Shown: positions 46,958-56,765 of the stretch, one piece after another | How positions within the stretch are numbered: the first letter of the stretch is position 1 | Layout: every line of letters starts with the position of its first letter | IMG/VR virus record: IMGVR_UViG_3300009506_000013 | Span: 1 to 64,000 of that record | Origin: a virus | DNA length: 64,000 bases | Strand: one strand, 5' to 3' | Notes under the pieces: model-generated | The model's input: the letters and a program-made list of their open reading frames with translations, nothing else | Databases searched by the model: none | What the model was told of the DNA's origin: nothing | Made by a program: the position numbers and the translations under genes

Positions 46958-47325
46958 TAGAATACCCTCTTTGTTGCGGCCCGGTAGATCCTTAGCAGTT
47001 CGAACTCTGTTTCAGTGATTGTAGAAGGCTCTACAAGCCCGAACTCCATCCCATCCAATAAACGGGCCACAATTTCGATTAAACCGCTGTACAACCGATA
47101 ATTCATGTTTTGCTCCGCGCTTGCCTGTTTCAGCGGATTATCTTTACACTTGTGACAGGCGGATGGATTAATTTGTAGTTTCTTACACTTTAAATCCATC
47201 TTTAATAATTTCGCAACGCATTGCTGTTTCTCTTCTAAAGAATCATCAGGTTTGGCGATGTTTGGGTAGATCCAGCGCCAGTTGGGTTCGTGTTCACAGC
47301 CCTGACTTCCCCGCTCCATATACAA
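46957..47325 (-). CDS. tail assembly chaperone, frameshift extension (gpT-like)
   Basis: In the -1 frame of the upstream gene via G GGA AAC. Confidence 0.75.
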   Translation of the reverse strand: MYMERGSQGCEHEPNWRWIYPNIAKPDDSLEEKQQCVAKLLKMDLKCKKLQINPSACHKCKDNPLKQASAEQNMNYRLYSGLIEIVARLLDGMEFGLVEPSTITETEFELLRIYRAATKRVF

Positions 47326-47357
47326 CTTTAGAGCTTCGGCAAAACCAGCGGCTGTCG

Positions 47358-48137
47358 TCAGTTTCCCCGCACGGATCTTTCTGCTCTTGAGAACAAGTAC
47401 TGGAGTGCGGCCCGTTTAAACAAGTATGGAACCTTATCCAGCCAGCTCTCTTTGTTAGCCTCGTTACAGGGTGCCTCGCCCATGACAATTCCGCCATCAT
47501 CGAAGCATGACCGGATCAGCTTCCCGTACAGCGTAGTCAATGCTTCATGGTTGTAGTTGACGCGGAAGCCTCCCCCGCGCAACCCTTGCTGGATCTGGGC
47601 CCGGTCCCACTGAAGAGAATCCATCGCTGTTGGCGGGTTGAAGATCTGGGGAATGACGATATTCTGTTCAATCCCGTCCGCATCCACCAAAGCAAAGTTC
47701 ATCCGGACCACCGCATCATCCAGCAGGGCATCCAAATCCAGGTCCGCATCCGGATCAGTAATCTCCGGAATGTATCTTGTGATTCCGTTGTAGCCTTGTT
47801 CTATGACGTGCTCCTTGATGCCGTATCGAGCATCTAGCTTTTCCAACTGTTCCGGCGTTATTGTTTTGTAGCTCTTGCCGGAACGGATCTTGGCGTCAAT
47901 GAAGTTGTCTTCAAAGAAGTCCCGCGCCGCCGTGGCTTTCCCTTCTTTTACATCCCAAGCATCAATGTCATCTTTGGCCTGTTGGAGATGTCCGGCCCGT
48001 TCCTTCAGCATCTGGATCATAAGCCTGTTATTATAGGGCTTCATTGCCACTATAATCTCCAACGGGTGCGGGAGTAAATCGTGTCGCAACCGGAAGAAAA
48101 ATTCAAGCCTTTCGGCATTTAGGTCATAATTCATCAT
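47358..48137 (-). CDS. tail assembly chaperone (gpG-like)
   Basis: Lies between tail tube and tape measure; ends in a slippery heptamer. Confidence 0.75.
   Translation of the reverse strand: MMNYDLNAERLEFFFRLRHDLLPHPLEIIVAMKPYNNRLMIQMLKERAGHLQQAKDDIDAWDVKEGKATAARDFFEDNFIDAKIRSGKSYKTITPEQLEKLDARYGIKEHVIEQGYNGITRYIPEITDPDADLDLDALLDDAVVRMNFALVDADGIEQNIVIPQIFNPPTAMDSLQWDRAQIQQGLRGGGFRVNYNHEALTTLYGKLIRSCFDDGGIVMGEAPCNEANKESWLDKVPYLFKRAALQYLFSRAERSVRGN
47361..47367 (-). other. -1 programmed ribosomal frameshift site GGGAAAC
   Basis: X XXY YYZ in frame just before the TGA; the -1 frame is open into the downstream ORF (KLTTAAGFAEALKLYMERG). Confidence 0.85.
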
Positions 48138-48832
48138 TGTGGTAATGCTCCTTTCTTTTTACGTTTTGATTTTTTGACTACGGTCTTATCAACTTTGCTA
48201 ATATCGTGACAACCGGCATTCTGATCTGACTCCCCCAGCTTATTCAGCACGAGATGGTCTGCCGTGATCTCCTCCAGAGTAACCATCTTGAATCCGGCCT
48301 CTTTCGCCTTCCAACAGAAGTAGGCATCCTGTCCGCCGTAAGGATAGTTGGTCTTGACTAGCTTCCAAGCCCGCTTTACACAACTGCTTCCCGTGTGACA
48401 GGATGCGACCGAATAGCCAGTCATAAACCAAGGCTCTGCTATTCCCTCGAATACTGCCCGCTTTACCAGCGTACAGCCCAAAGACACCCATAACAAATTT
48501 CCATCATCATCCCTCTTCTCAGAGACCACCCCAGGTTGCCTTTTCAGGAAGTAGTTCACGGCCACGATGTCATAGCCTTGATTAATTAATTCCAGCATCT
48601 TTTCCAGTATACCGGGAGGCACAACAACATCCTCTTCCACGAACCAAATAAGATCTGAACTTTGGTCCAAGAGCTTTGCGGTTACTTCGTTGAAGCTATC
48701 TGGAATGTCGAGGTCCCAACTGCGCTCTTCAATAGAGTCATGGCCCCGTAAATTTTTCTCAATGGAATCTGAAGACTCTGAAAATTCCAAGCCTCGTGTA
48801 GGCCTTGCTAGACCGATCATACACACCCCCAT
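48134..48832 (-). CDS. GT-A fold (GT2-like) glycosyltransferase
   Basis: PTRG, WFVEEDVVVPP, LGCTLVKR.VF, PWF, GQD..FC. Confidence 0.75.
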   Translation of the reverse strand: MGVCMIGLARPTRGLEFSESSDSIEKNLRGHDSIEERSWDLDIPDSFNEVTAKLLDQSSDLIWFVEEDVVVPPGILEKMLELINQGYDIVAVNYFLKRQPGVVSEKRDDDGNLLWVSLGCTLVKRAVFEGIAEPWFMTGYSVASCHTGSSCVKRAWKLVKTNYPYGGQDAYFCWKAKEAGFKMVTLEEITADHLVLNKLGESDQNAGCHDISKVDKTVVKKSKRKKKGALPQ

Positions 48833-48880
48833 TCCACCTCAGGGGCCAAGCCCCATAAAGACCGGCCCCTGATTTGTACC

Positions 48881-49924
48881 CTACGCCGCCACTAACAGGT
48901 AGGTGTCATCTTCATCCGTGCGGACGGTAACAGAGCAATAATCCTCGCCACTGTACTTTAGCACAGACTCTTCATCGAACGGGATGGTGTATACAACTTG
49001 ATCCTGTTCCTCTCCGAAAGACTCTGTTGGAATCTTCAGGTGTGGAATTTCGATGGTCACCGTATAGTACATCCCGGTGCTCGCGATCTCATCCCCCACC
49101 AGTTCAATAGTCAACGAGCATTCAGTATTGTTCTTGAACAAGGTTCTCTGATCGGAGTTTTCGAACAAGGTAACCACTTGCCCGCTGATCCCCTGTTTCC
49201 CGATCAAAGACTTGGTAAGCAGATCCTTTGACCCGGCGGCATTGCCCGGTAGATACCAGTGGGAAGCTCCCTGTGTAGCCATAAAGCTCCAGCTGATCAA
49301 CTTGGTAGAGATATCGACCGTGCCCCCACCATAAGCATTGAAGCTGAATGTTCCCTTTAAGGTTTCAAAGAAACTTCCTATAGCCGCCGCATCCGGAAGA
49401 CTGGTTGCGTTCGTAGCCATCTTCTGGGCCACGCCCTGCCAAGCTATTGTACACATCTCAGCGAGCGCACCTGCCATAGTAAACTGCTCAACGACAGCGC
49501 CGCTTATGATGTTCTGTTCGACTCCCCCCAACTTCTCAATAAAGGTTGTATACAAGCAAGTCGGATTGCTCGCCGGATCTTGGAAGGTGAACTTGTGATC
49601 ATATACAGTCGGCTCTGCTGAACTGGGGTTGGTCGAAGCCAGATTCCCCATGACGAAAGCAGGAGCGAACAAAGCGGAAAGATTCGACAAAGCATATTCC
49701 CGGTTGGGAATAGAAATTCGCTTTGTGGTAGGATCTTGGAAAGTTGCGAATGAGTGCCCCTTTCCATACCAATCCTTGTCGCTTGTCCGGTTTGGATATT
49801 CCTGCAGAGAGGGCGCAAAGGTTGAGTACGGTAGCACACGGTCAATGTTGCCTGTTGCTATCGCCGTGCCGATTGCGCTCTGCTTATTTAGGCTAAAAGC
49901 CATTTCCAGATCTATACCACGCAT
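48881..49924 (-). CDS. major tail tube protein
   Basis: 347 aa, beta-rich, Y.H.FT motif, positioned after the tail terminator. Confidence 0.75.
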   Translation of the reverse strand: MRGIDLEMAFSLNKQSAIGTAIATGNIDRVLPYSTFAPSLQEYPNRTSDKDWYGKGHSFATFQDPTTKRISIPNREYALSNLSALFAPAFVMGNLASTNPSSAEPTVYDHKFTFQDPASNPTCLYTTFIEKLGGVEQNIISGAVVEQFTMAGALAEMCTIAWQGVAQKMATNATSLPDAAAIGSFFETLKGTFSFNAYGGGTVDISTKLISWSFMATQGASHWYLPGNAAGSKDLLTKSLIGKQGISGQVVTLFENSDQRTLFKNNTECSLTIELVGDEIASTGMYYTVTIEIPHLKIPTESFGEEQDQVVYTIPFDEESVLKYSGEDYCSVTVRTDEDDTYLLVAA

Positions 49925-49968
49925 ATTACTTTTTCTCCATTAAAGGCCAGCTACGCAGCCAGCATTAT

Positions 49969-50409
49969 TTAGCCACTTCCGTATGCCCCAATCACAATCG
50001 TGATTTTGGCCAACCCCCAGCGCCCAGCCGGGTCATAGTTGGGTTCGACCGTATCGCACCGAACCCGAAAGCTGTTATTGCGATCAGATGTAACTGTGGT
50101 GATAATAGCCTCCACTCGTTTCACCATTCCGAGTAGATCAATTGACAAACTCTCTTCTTCACCTTGGGTGATGGCAACCCATATTTCCCAAGGGGATAAT
50201 CGTTGTGAAGGATTAATCCACCGGATATCCGTGTTCACAAATTCATTCCGCTCTCCTGCGTATATAAGGGCAAAGTATGGGTACTCGTCATCCTCATCTA
50301 CAAAGTCAGGATGTTTCGGATACATAGCAATTTTGTTCTTAAACACATGCGGCACTAACCCGTCATTAAGCTCCTGCCGGATGGTTTCGATTGCTGTTTT
50401 CAGTCCCAT
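49969..50409 (-). CDS. tail terminator-like protein
   Basis: Size, position and YPY motif. Confidence 0.6.
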   Translation of the reverse strand: MGLKTAIETIRQELNDGLVPHVFKNKIAMYPKHPDFVDEDDEYPYFALIYAGERNEFVNTDIRWINPSQRLSPWEIWVAITQGEEESLSIDLLGMVKRVEAIITTVTSDRNNSFRVRCDTVEPNYDPAGRWGLAKITIVIGAYGSG

Positions 50410-50411
50410 GG

Positions 50412-50915
50412 TTAAGTCCCCACTATTCTATCAGGGAAGTTTTCAACAACAGGCCGCATCTCTAGGTGCCAAAGAAAGAGTATTTGCGGCCTTGCTTCCT
50501 TTATCCCCGGCTCCAGCCACTTCCTTGGGGCCTGAGCTGGTATGTATACGCTTTTCCGGAATATAACACCCTTCTGTCTTCCTGTCTTTAATACCCCCAT
50601 CCCTGCGGCTTGCTTCTTGGTGGTCCCTTTCGCGAGACCAACTGGGATGGCCAGAACCTTTGCCCGCACAGCAGTGACCTTGTGGGCCTTTATTCCCTTC
50701 TCCCAATACATCAGGTAGTCCACATTCGATCCTACAGCAAAGCCATCCGCTAACAGCTTCATGGACACGCTATTCCTGGCCCTTCCAGTAACCACCCCAA
50801 GGCGCTGTGGACGCGGGCCTTGTAGCCAACCTCTCACAGTACTGACTGTAAAATGGCCAGCGGTAGTATACCAACGGAGGAAGGCCTGACGCCAGACTTG
50901 TTCAATTGTAGCCAT
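50412..50915 (-). CDS. HK97 gp10-like neck / tail completion protein
   Basis: TGR.RNS...VGSNVDY..Y.E.G...P.Q.PR.WL.P. Confidence 0.7.
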   Translation of the reverse strand: MATIEQVWRQAFLRWYTTAGHFTVSTVRGWLQGPRPQRLGVVTGRARNSVSMKLLADGFAVGSNVDYLMYWEKGIKAHKVTAVRAKVLAIPVGLAKGTTKKQAAGMGVLKTGRQKGVIFRKSVYIPAQAPRKWLEPGIKEARPQILFLWHLEMRPVVENFPDRIVGT

Positions 50916-51283
50916 TAGAATATAGCCTTTGGAGCATAATAGACTCCATTGGGGTTGTACATACCTTCTATGTTAATGATCTGGGGCTGAGAACCGTCCG
51001 GAAGAGTGATCCTATCCCTGACCTTTAATGGTATCGGATCCACAAACTGGACCGATGTGACCTGTACCGCCTGTAAGGTATCGTCGATGCGGAGGAACCT
51101 GTTCCGGTGCATGAGTGCGGCCCGGTATGTAGTGGCCGCTCCATACTTCCTTTTCCCCATCAGCTTGGCGTCATCCTTTTCACTACTCGTACACTGCTCC
51201 ACGGTCACTTCCACCAGCAAGTCCCTCGTGACAGAACGTATCGTGCTTATTGCATTGGTAATAATTGTGGAAAGTCCCATCAC
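50915..51283 (-). CDS. head closure / head-tail joining protein
   Basis: Position and DRITLPDG motif. Confidence 0.6.
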   Translation of the reverse strand: MMGLSTIITNAISTIRSVTRDLLVEVTVEQCTSSEKDDAKLMGKRKYGAATTYRAALMHRNRFLRIDDTLQAVQVTSVQFVDPIPLKVRDRITLPDGSQPQIINIEGMYNPNGVYYAPKAIF

Positions 51284-51804
51284 GCCCTCGCAAGTTTGGC
51301 TTGTCCGCCGCCACCGTCAATCCGCGCCTTACACCAAAGCCTTACAAACTCCCATACCAGCTCCGGCAACACCCGGCGTTGAGGGGGAGCACTCGAAGAA
51401 AATTTGATCCCGATATCCCCGACATCCATGCCCTCAATTCCTTGGGTGGTCAAATCGTCAGTTCTATCTGTGCCTAGAAGTGAATCCGCAAGTTCACAAA
51501 CAGCATATCCTATCTCTACTGGGATCGCATCATCTTCAATCTCTACACCTTTCGCATCATACAATTCCAACCTAGGCCAGAGAAGGGCTTGCGTATCGCT
51601 AGCCGCAAGCCCATCCCAAACAACCATTTTGTCCAGAAGCCTTGTAGCCGTCACCAAGGCCCGGTTCTTATCATCATCGCTCACCGTAGCCAGCCAGTTA
51701 GATGCCGCCGGCATACGCTCTTCAAAATAGCTTTCTGCATCCACGAGAGTGATGTAACTGTTTGCCGATTCACCCCCGATTGTCGCATCTATAACTACTG
51801 GCAT
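51280..51804 (-). CDS. head-tail adaptor protein
   Basis: ANSYITL..A..Y...AL..ATR.LD...QAL.WPR...IP.E...A.CELA. Confidence 0.75.
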   Translation of the reverse strand: MPVVIDATIGGESANSYITLVDAESYFEERMPAASNWLATVSDDDKNRALVTATRLLDKMVVWDGLAASDTQALLWPRLELYDAKGVEIEDDAIPVEIGYAVCELADSLLGTDRTDDLTTQGIEGMDVGDIGIKFSSSAPPQRRVLPELVWEFVRLWCKARIDGGGGQAKLARA

Positions 51805-51815
51805 GGCTCACTCCT

Positions 51816-52268
51816 TTACTTGGCTGGAGCTTTTCTCTTGGCCGGGGGAGTCTTTGCTGGCTTGACTGGCTCCGGCTCCGGAGGTGCGACATTAGTGCCT
51901 GATATGGGTGGGGTGAGATCTGTCAAGGTTACTTCCCCGCCCTCTACGCTCGCCACCTCCACAGCCTCTTCCGGTTCAGAAGGATTCAGCGGAGGTTCTA
52001 CTGGAGAGGTTGCGACATCGCCGCTTGCGAGATGTACTCTGACGCCCGCCCGCTGGTATGCCCTTCCTATCCGTTCCAAGTCATCCTCAAGCACGAGGAT
52101 AGCCTTACAAGGTTCAGTCTGATCCGGCCTATCCGCAGCCAGATTCACCCGTTGCTGTATGTTTGCGCCGGGATATAGTTTGTTTGCTTCTGTGATCAGG
52201 GCTGACCGAAGCTCTGGCATTCTATTTGGAGAAAATACCAATATAATCGGTCTTGTATCTTGAGCCAT
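51816..52268 (-). CDS. hypothetical virion-associated protein with Pro-rich tail
   Basis: 150 aa after the major capsid gene; AGGAGG RBS. Confidence 0.6.
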   Translation of the reverse strand: MAQDTRPIILVFSPNRMPELRSALITEANKLYPGANIQQRVNLAADRPDQTEPCKAILVLEDDLERIGRAYQRAGVRVHLASGDVATSPVEPPLNPSEPEEAVEVASVEGGEVTLTDLTPPISGTNVAPPEPEPVKPAKTPPAKRKAPAK

Positions 52269-52282
52269 TCTGTTGTCCTCCT

Positions 52283-52319
52283 AAAAGAACGGGGCACCAT
52301 GGATAGTCCAGGTGCCCCG
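52283..52319 (-). terminator. terminator after the major capsid gene
   Basis: GGGGCACC...GGTGCCCC followed by GTTCTTTT. Confidence 0.7.
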
Positions 52320-52373
52320 ACGCACGTTTATTGTGTTGAATTCAGATCCTCATCAATGCACGGGGCCACCGTC

Positions 52374-53345
52374 TTATTTAGTCAGCAAATAGACACCGGC
52401 GAGGGACTTTACATCACTCACCTTCTGGACCCAGTTCGTATCGGTCGCCACTGCGGTATCCGTGGGGTTGACTCCACCACCTGAAGTATTCCAGGCAAAG
52501 CCCTTCACACTCAGGTTGTAGGCGAATTCACCCTGGATTCGCATGAGGATGTTTTCTTTTCCAGTAATCACATCAGAGACAACATCCCGATCTTCCGACT
52601 CTTCTACAGCGCAGGCATCGGCAGTCAATCCCAGGGTGACATAGGTGTTCGGCGTTCCGTATACGACCAGCGCGGAACTATCCACAACGATTGTCGGCCT
52701 TCCGAGTGTCGCGGTGGTACCCTGTTGAATCGTGACGTCAGCCACGTTGGTGATTTTGTCGGTGATAGATTGTTTGACGAGATCGTGCCAGGGTTTCGAA
52801 TGCATTACCCAGCAAACGATGTTCTGGGCATTGTCTCCGAACTTCGCCAGAACTTCTGCGAGATAGGTATGAATCAGGGTGTTGGCGGAATAATCGGTCA
52901 AGCAAACATCCGACACGCCGGACAGCGCCGCAACAGCAGCACGAACAGCATTGTTCACATAATCGACCATTACAGCCTTTGCCCACTGTTGTCCGAGTAG
53001 ATAGCTGAACACGGACGGGCTTGCGGCGATCTTCCGGAAAGCATCGCGGCTCTGCGCGACCGGGCCGATTTTCCTGTTGATTTTTACAGAGATGAACTCA
53101 TCCTGTTCCATCTTCAGGTCCGAAGCATCGCTCACGCTAGTAACATCCCGGCGAGTCACGAGGTTGGAGACATCTTTCACAAAGGACTCTTTTTCATAAT
53201 CGCCCTTTAGTGGTTTCGGCACCATCCGGATCGCATTGCGGGAGGCACCGTTGAAAACATCGGAGTTTTGCATCAAAACTTCCGTCATCCCTCCAAAGAA
53301 CTCCTCTTGGTAGATGACAAAATCTGATTTAGTTCCAGCAGCCAT
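52374..53345 (-). CDS. major capsid protein (HK97 fold)
   Basis: 323 aa after the scaffold; WVMHSK...L, TLGRP.IVVDS, GFAW, NPTD. Confidence 0.88.
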   Translation of the reverse strand: MAAGTKSDFVIYQEEFFGGMTEVLMQNSDVFNGASRNAIRMVPKPLKGDYEKESFVKDVSNLVTRRDVTSVSDASDLKMEQDEFISVKINRKIGPVAQSRDAFRKIAASPSVFSYLLGQQWAKAVMVDYVNNAVRAAVAALSGVSDVCLTDYSANTLIHTYLAEVLAKFGDNAQNIVCWVMHSKPWHDLVKQSITDKITNVADVTIQQGTTATLGRPTIVVDSSALVVYGTPNTYVTLGLTADACAVEESEDRDVVSDVITGKENILMRIQGEFAYNLSVKGFAWNTSGGGVNPTDTAVATDTNWVQKVSDVKSLAGVYLLTK

Positions 53346-53428
53346 AGTAGTTTACCTCAACAGTTCCTAGTTAATTGGTTCTTTGTTTTTGTTTCCCGCA
53401 ATGCGCCAACGCGGCACACGCTCAAGTG

Positions 53429-54241
53429 TTACGCCGGCAGTTTCAGATATTCAGACTGACCATTTTGGTTTATGTAGTCCGCCCGCTCTTCCACTGTCAT
53501 CTCTGATCGCTTTTTAGGAGTTTTGCTACCAGGCCCTTTGTTCTCTGACCCTCCGCCACCCGATGGCGCAAAGTAATGAGGACAATCAGGCTTCAACAAA
53601 CCTAACCATTCATCAACCGGCATCGGCTTTGCCGGGTCTTTTCCATACCAGATACTCCCATCATCCCGGTATGGGGTGATCTTTCCGGCCTCATCAAGCT
53701 TGTATACATCGTGTGCTCGACGGGTTATGTCCGGAATTGCTGAAGGAAGCACGCCCAAGTCCTTGCCAACCTGTGACGCGAGTACATTTGTAATTGCCGA
53801 CTCGATCTGTAAATTGGCCAAACGCCCGTGCGCAGTCTTTAAAGCCGTGTCAGCCTCTTCGAGCTTTGTCTTGAACCCATGAATTTGGTTCTCGTGGTCC
53901 GCTCTCATGCGCTCTGTCTTTTGTTCAATGAGTTCGTCCACCTTCCCCTGGTCCAATAGTTCCTTGTCCTCAAGCTCTTGGAGCTTTGCCTGTGCCGCTC
54001 TGGCCTTTTCGGGATCAATGTCCTTGAACTTGTCAATTGTAGCTTGTAAATCGGTCTTTACTTTTTTATGATCCTCTTTCAGCCGCTGATGGGCGTTCCG
54101 AAGTGCACTGATAGATGGTAGGTGTTCAACGCTTTCCGCATCCAGGTCTAATACAAATTGACCATTCTGCTCGACGTAAAGAGCACGTACACCCTCATCG
54201 AGGGCCTCATACTCTTCTTTTTTCAAAACCGCTTTCAGCAT
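53429..54241 (-). CDS. capsid scaffolding protein
   Basis: Y.E..G.FVLD N-terminus, coiled coil, PHYF..SGGG, C-terminal MT.EE...YI...G...YL.LP. Confidence 0.82.
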   Translation of the reverse strand: MLKAVLKKEEYEALDEGVRALYVEQNGQFVLDLDAESVEHLPSISALRNAHQRLKEDHKKVKTDLQATIDKFKDIDPEKARAAQAKLQELEDKELLDQGKVDELIEQKTERMRADHENQIHGFKTKLEEADTALKTAHGRLANLQIESAITNVLASQVGKDLGVLPSAIPDITRRAHDVYKLDEAGKITPYRDDGSIWYGKDPAKPMPVDEWLGLLKPDCPHYFAPSGGGGSENKGPGSKTPKKRSEMTVEERADYINQNGQSEYLKLPA

Positions 54242-54351
54242 CGGTATACTCCTTAATTATCCAGGGCCACAACCTGTGGTATGACACAACGTCATCTAAC
54301 CCTTCAATTTTGGAGTATAAGTCAATAGTCAGGAAAATAAAACAGAAAAAA

Positions 54352-55017
54352 TCAAAGGCGGGCATAGGACTTTGACCACGTTCGGCCCCTTCCGGCGTCC
54401 AACTCCGGACCTCCATCACCGTGGCGGACTACAAGTTGACCGGCTATGACGGTTCGCCACCGATACGCTCTGGCCCGTAGGCAATATTCATTGTCCTCTC
54501 CGCCATATCCTACAATTCCAGTTTCCAGCAATCCGATCTTATCAATCATATCCCTTTTCAAGTACACACACGGGAAACAAACTGGGGCTTCTCCCGTAAC
54601 ATCTTTGTGTCTTTCTTCGGGCCGCCACCATATACTTTTCTGATGATAATATTGTAGCTTGTTCCCGACACCACCCATAATCAAAGGTGACAGTATACCC
54701 ACATCTGGATAATCTGCCTCCTCTGCCAACCGGCGAAAGAAGTGGCGCTGGAGGAGCGATATATCATCATTCATCAATATGACATCATCTTCGCCCGCTT
54801 CCACAATGCCGGCGTTGGCCGATATCGCAAACTGGAACTTCCCACCGGGATATGGTATCTGCTCGAAGCCATAGCTGTTCTTGTGCCCGTCTGCAACTAT
54901 GATTATTCGGGGATGTGGCTTGGGAATATAGGCACGTATTGACCGGATCAAAGGCTGAATAATATCCTCGAATCTATTGGGAATGACTACTGTATAATTG
55001 TTCAAGACTCCCCCCAT
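54352..55017 (-). CDS. GT2 family glycosyltransferase
   Basis: VVIP, IIVADG, F....NAG, LMNDD, GGEDNEYC.R. Confidence 0.85.
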   Translation of the reverse strand: MGGVLNNYTVVIPNRFEDIIQPLIRSIRAYIPKPHPRIIIVADGHKNSYGFEQIPYPGGKFQFAISANAGIVEAGEDDVILMNDDISLLQRHFFRRLAEEADYPDVGILSPLIMGGVGNKLQYYHQKSIWWRPEERHKDVTGEAPVCFPCVYLKRDMIDKIGLLETGIVGYGGEDNEYCLRARAYRWRTVIAGQLVVRHGDGGPELDAGRGRTWSKSYARL

Positions 55018-55826
55018 TCAGCTACAGGGTCATAAACCAAACACCCTTCCGGCTCGCGATAATACCAATGTTCCCAGAACACCTTGGCCAGAGCTTCCCG
55101 GCCTCCAGCATTGTATAGGTTGTAATAATCGCGCCAGTGCCTTCCGTAGGCCAAGGGCAAATCTGCGGCCTCGTATGCCTTCCCGCCATTGATTGCCTTG
55201 CGGATAAAGTGTTCTGCGCTCCGGACCTGAAAATGCCGGATCTCTATTTCAACAGGATAGTTAAACTGGACGGGAGCATATTGGTGAAATATGACTTCGT
55301 GGTTCCCCTGCTCGATGGTGAACTTGGTCCGGTCTGCCCGAAATGCTATCTTGGAGAGGGGGAGTGCCCGTGGCGCCCGCCAGCCCATCCTTTTAAAAGG
55401 ATTGAGAATGTCTGGATCATCCTTCGCAGTACAGTGGTGGTTGTAGAGCTTTACTCCGATCCAATCCGATGGGACCTGCTGAAGATAACCGGCGAGAGTT
55501 TGGTTAGATGATCCCATTACACGCCACCATTCATCCGCATCAAACGGTATCACCCATCTCGCCCCCAGTTCGAAGGCCCTTTCTGCGAGCGCGGTCATCT
55601 TTGCGCTTTGGTAGTATCCCACCTCCGAATCAGTAGTGATAAAGATCCTGTTACGGGCCTTTGCCATATCGTGAAGTATATCTGATGTCCCGTCTGTGGA
55701 AAGATTATCCGCAACAATAATCCCATCCAACTCCTCATCTAACATGTGTTCGAGAATGGGCCGGATAACGTCTGCCTCATCCTTTACCATGGTAACGCCC
55801 CAAACCTCTTCCCAATCCCCCATCAC
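55002..55826 (-). CDS. GT2-like glycosyltransferase
   Basis: MVKDEAD, DNLSTDGT, WVIPFDADEWW, HFQVRS. Confidence 0.85.
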   Translation of the reverse strand: MMGDWEEVWGVTMVKDEADVIRPILEHMLDEELDGIIVADNLSTDGTSDILHDMAKARNRIFITTDSEVGYYQSAKMTALAERAFELGARWVIPFDADEWWRVMGSSNQTLAGYLQQVPSDWIGVKLYNHHCTAKDDPDILNPFKRMGWRAPRALPLSKIAFRADRTKFTIEQGNHEVIFHQYAPVQFNYPVEIEIRHFQVRSAEHFIRKAINGGKAYEAADLPLAYGRHWRDYYNLYNAGGREALAKVFWEHWYYREPEGCLVYDPVAEWGES

Positions 55827-56383
55827 TCCTCCTTTGCCCTTTGTACCAGAGTAAATATTTGATCCACGATCCTCGTAGGATCTTTGATTAAATTTTCGAA
55901 CCGGATAAAGTACGGCTGGACATTATTGCTCTGGAACCACCGGCCCCATGCCCTATTGTGCCGGATAACCTCTTCCACCTGCCACCGGGAAGGCCTTGGC
56001 CGGAGGATGGGCGATTGCCGTTTGAACCAAATGCCTGTTCGCCGCGCCCGCTCCCAACTTGCGGCCTGAGCGATGATGTTCCGATGCTGGAAAAGCCAGA
56101 TGTATTTGGAGCCAGGAGGGAACAGCCATTTAATATCATAGTGGACCCATGGATAGTCCATCTCCCCCCAATGGATCTTTATAACCACGATATCATTGAC
56201 CGTTATCTGCTCCCAAAGCCAAGGCCAATAGTCCGCTCCACCGAAACGGTGCATCTCTTGGAGCGGCTCCATAAGCCGGGGAGAAGCCCACTCATCACCA
56301 TTACCAATTCCCCGGTCCCGCAATAGCCGGCAAAGATAGTTCCCACCCGTTCTGGGCGTTCCACAAATAGGTATCGCAATCAC
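55823..56383 (-). CDS. Stf0-like sulfotransferase
   Basis: PAPS-binding TPRTGGNYLC, R...QAAS..RA..TG.W, F ENL. Confidence 0.8.
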   Translation of the reverse strand: MIAIPICGTPRTGGNYLCRLLRDRGIGNGDEWASPRLMEPLQEMHRFGGADYWPWLWEQITVNDIVVIKIHWGEMDYPWVHYDIKWLFPPGSKYIWLFQHRNIIAQAASWERARRTGIWFKRQSPILRPRPSRWQVEEVIRHNRAWGRWFQSNNVQPYFIRFENLIKDPTRIVDQIFTLVQRAKEE

Positions 56384-56754
56384 TTTTTCAACTCCTCCAA
56401 AGTAGGCACTTCAAACTCCAGCCCATTCCATAGGTCTTCCCCGCCCGGTATATAAACAAGCAAACTCTCCTCCCAATAGCTTCTCATCCGCTCCCGCCAT
56501 TCCCGCTTTGGAGCAATAAAGGCCAAAATGACTATATACCCGGCCTCTTCCAAGACTCGTGCCTCTTTCGCAGCAGCAATAAGGTTCCTTGCCCGCCCGC
56601 CTTCTGAAAAGTCTTGATTGTTTGTACGCAAGCGGAATACATCCGCATCTATAGTTTTGACCTTTGGCCCCTCCGGATCATATAGCTCACACTCCAGCGT
56701 ACAGGCATAATGCGTCTTTCCCGCTCCTGGTTTCCCGCAAATTAAGTATACCAT
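56380..56754 (-). CDS. cysC: adenylyl-sulfate (APS) kinase-like protein
   Basis: GKPGAGKT, DAD.FR, DFS..GR..N, FIAP...R, FEVP; start reassigned to MVYLIC. Confidence 0.8.
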   Translation of the reverse strand: MVYLICGKPGAGKTHYACTLECELYDPEGPKVKTIDADVFRLRTNNQDFSEGGRARNLIAAAKEARVLEEAGYIVILAFIAPKREWRERMRSYWEESLLVYIPGGEDLWNGLEFEVPTLEELKK

Positions 56755-56765
56755 TGTTCTCCTCC

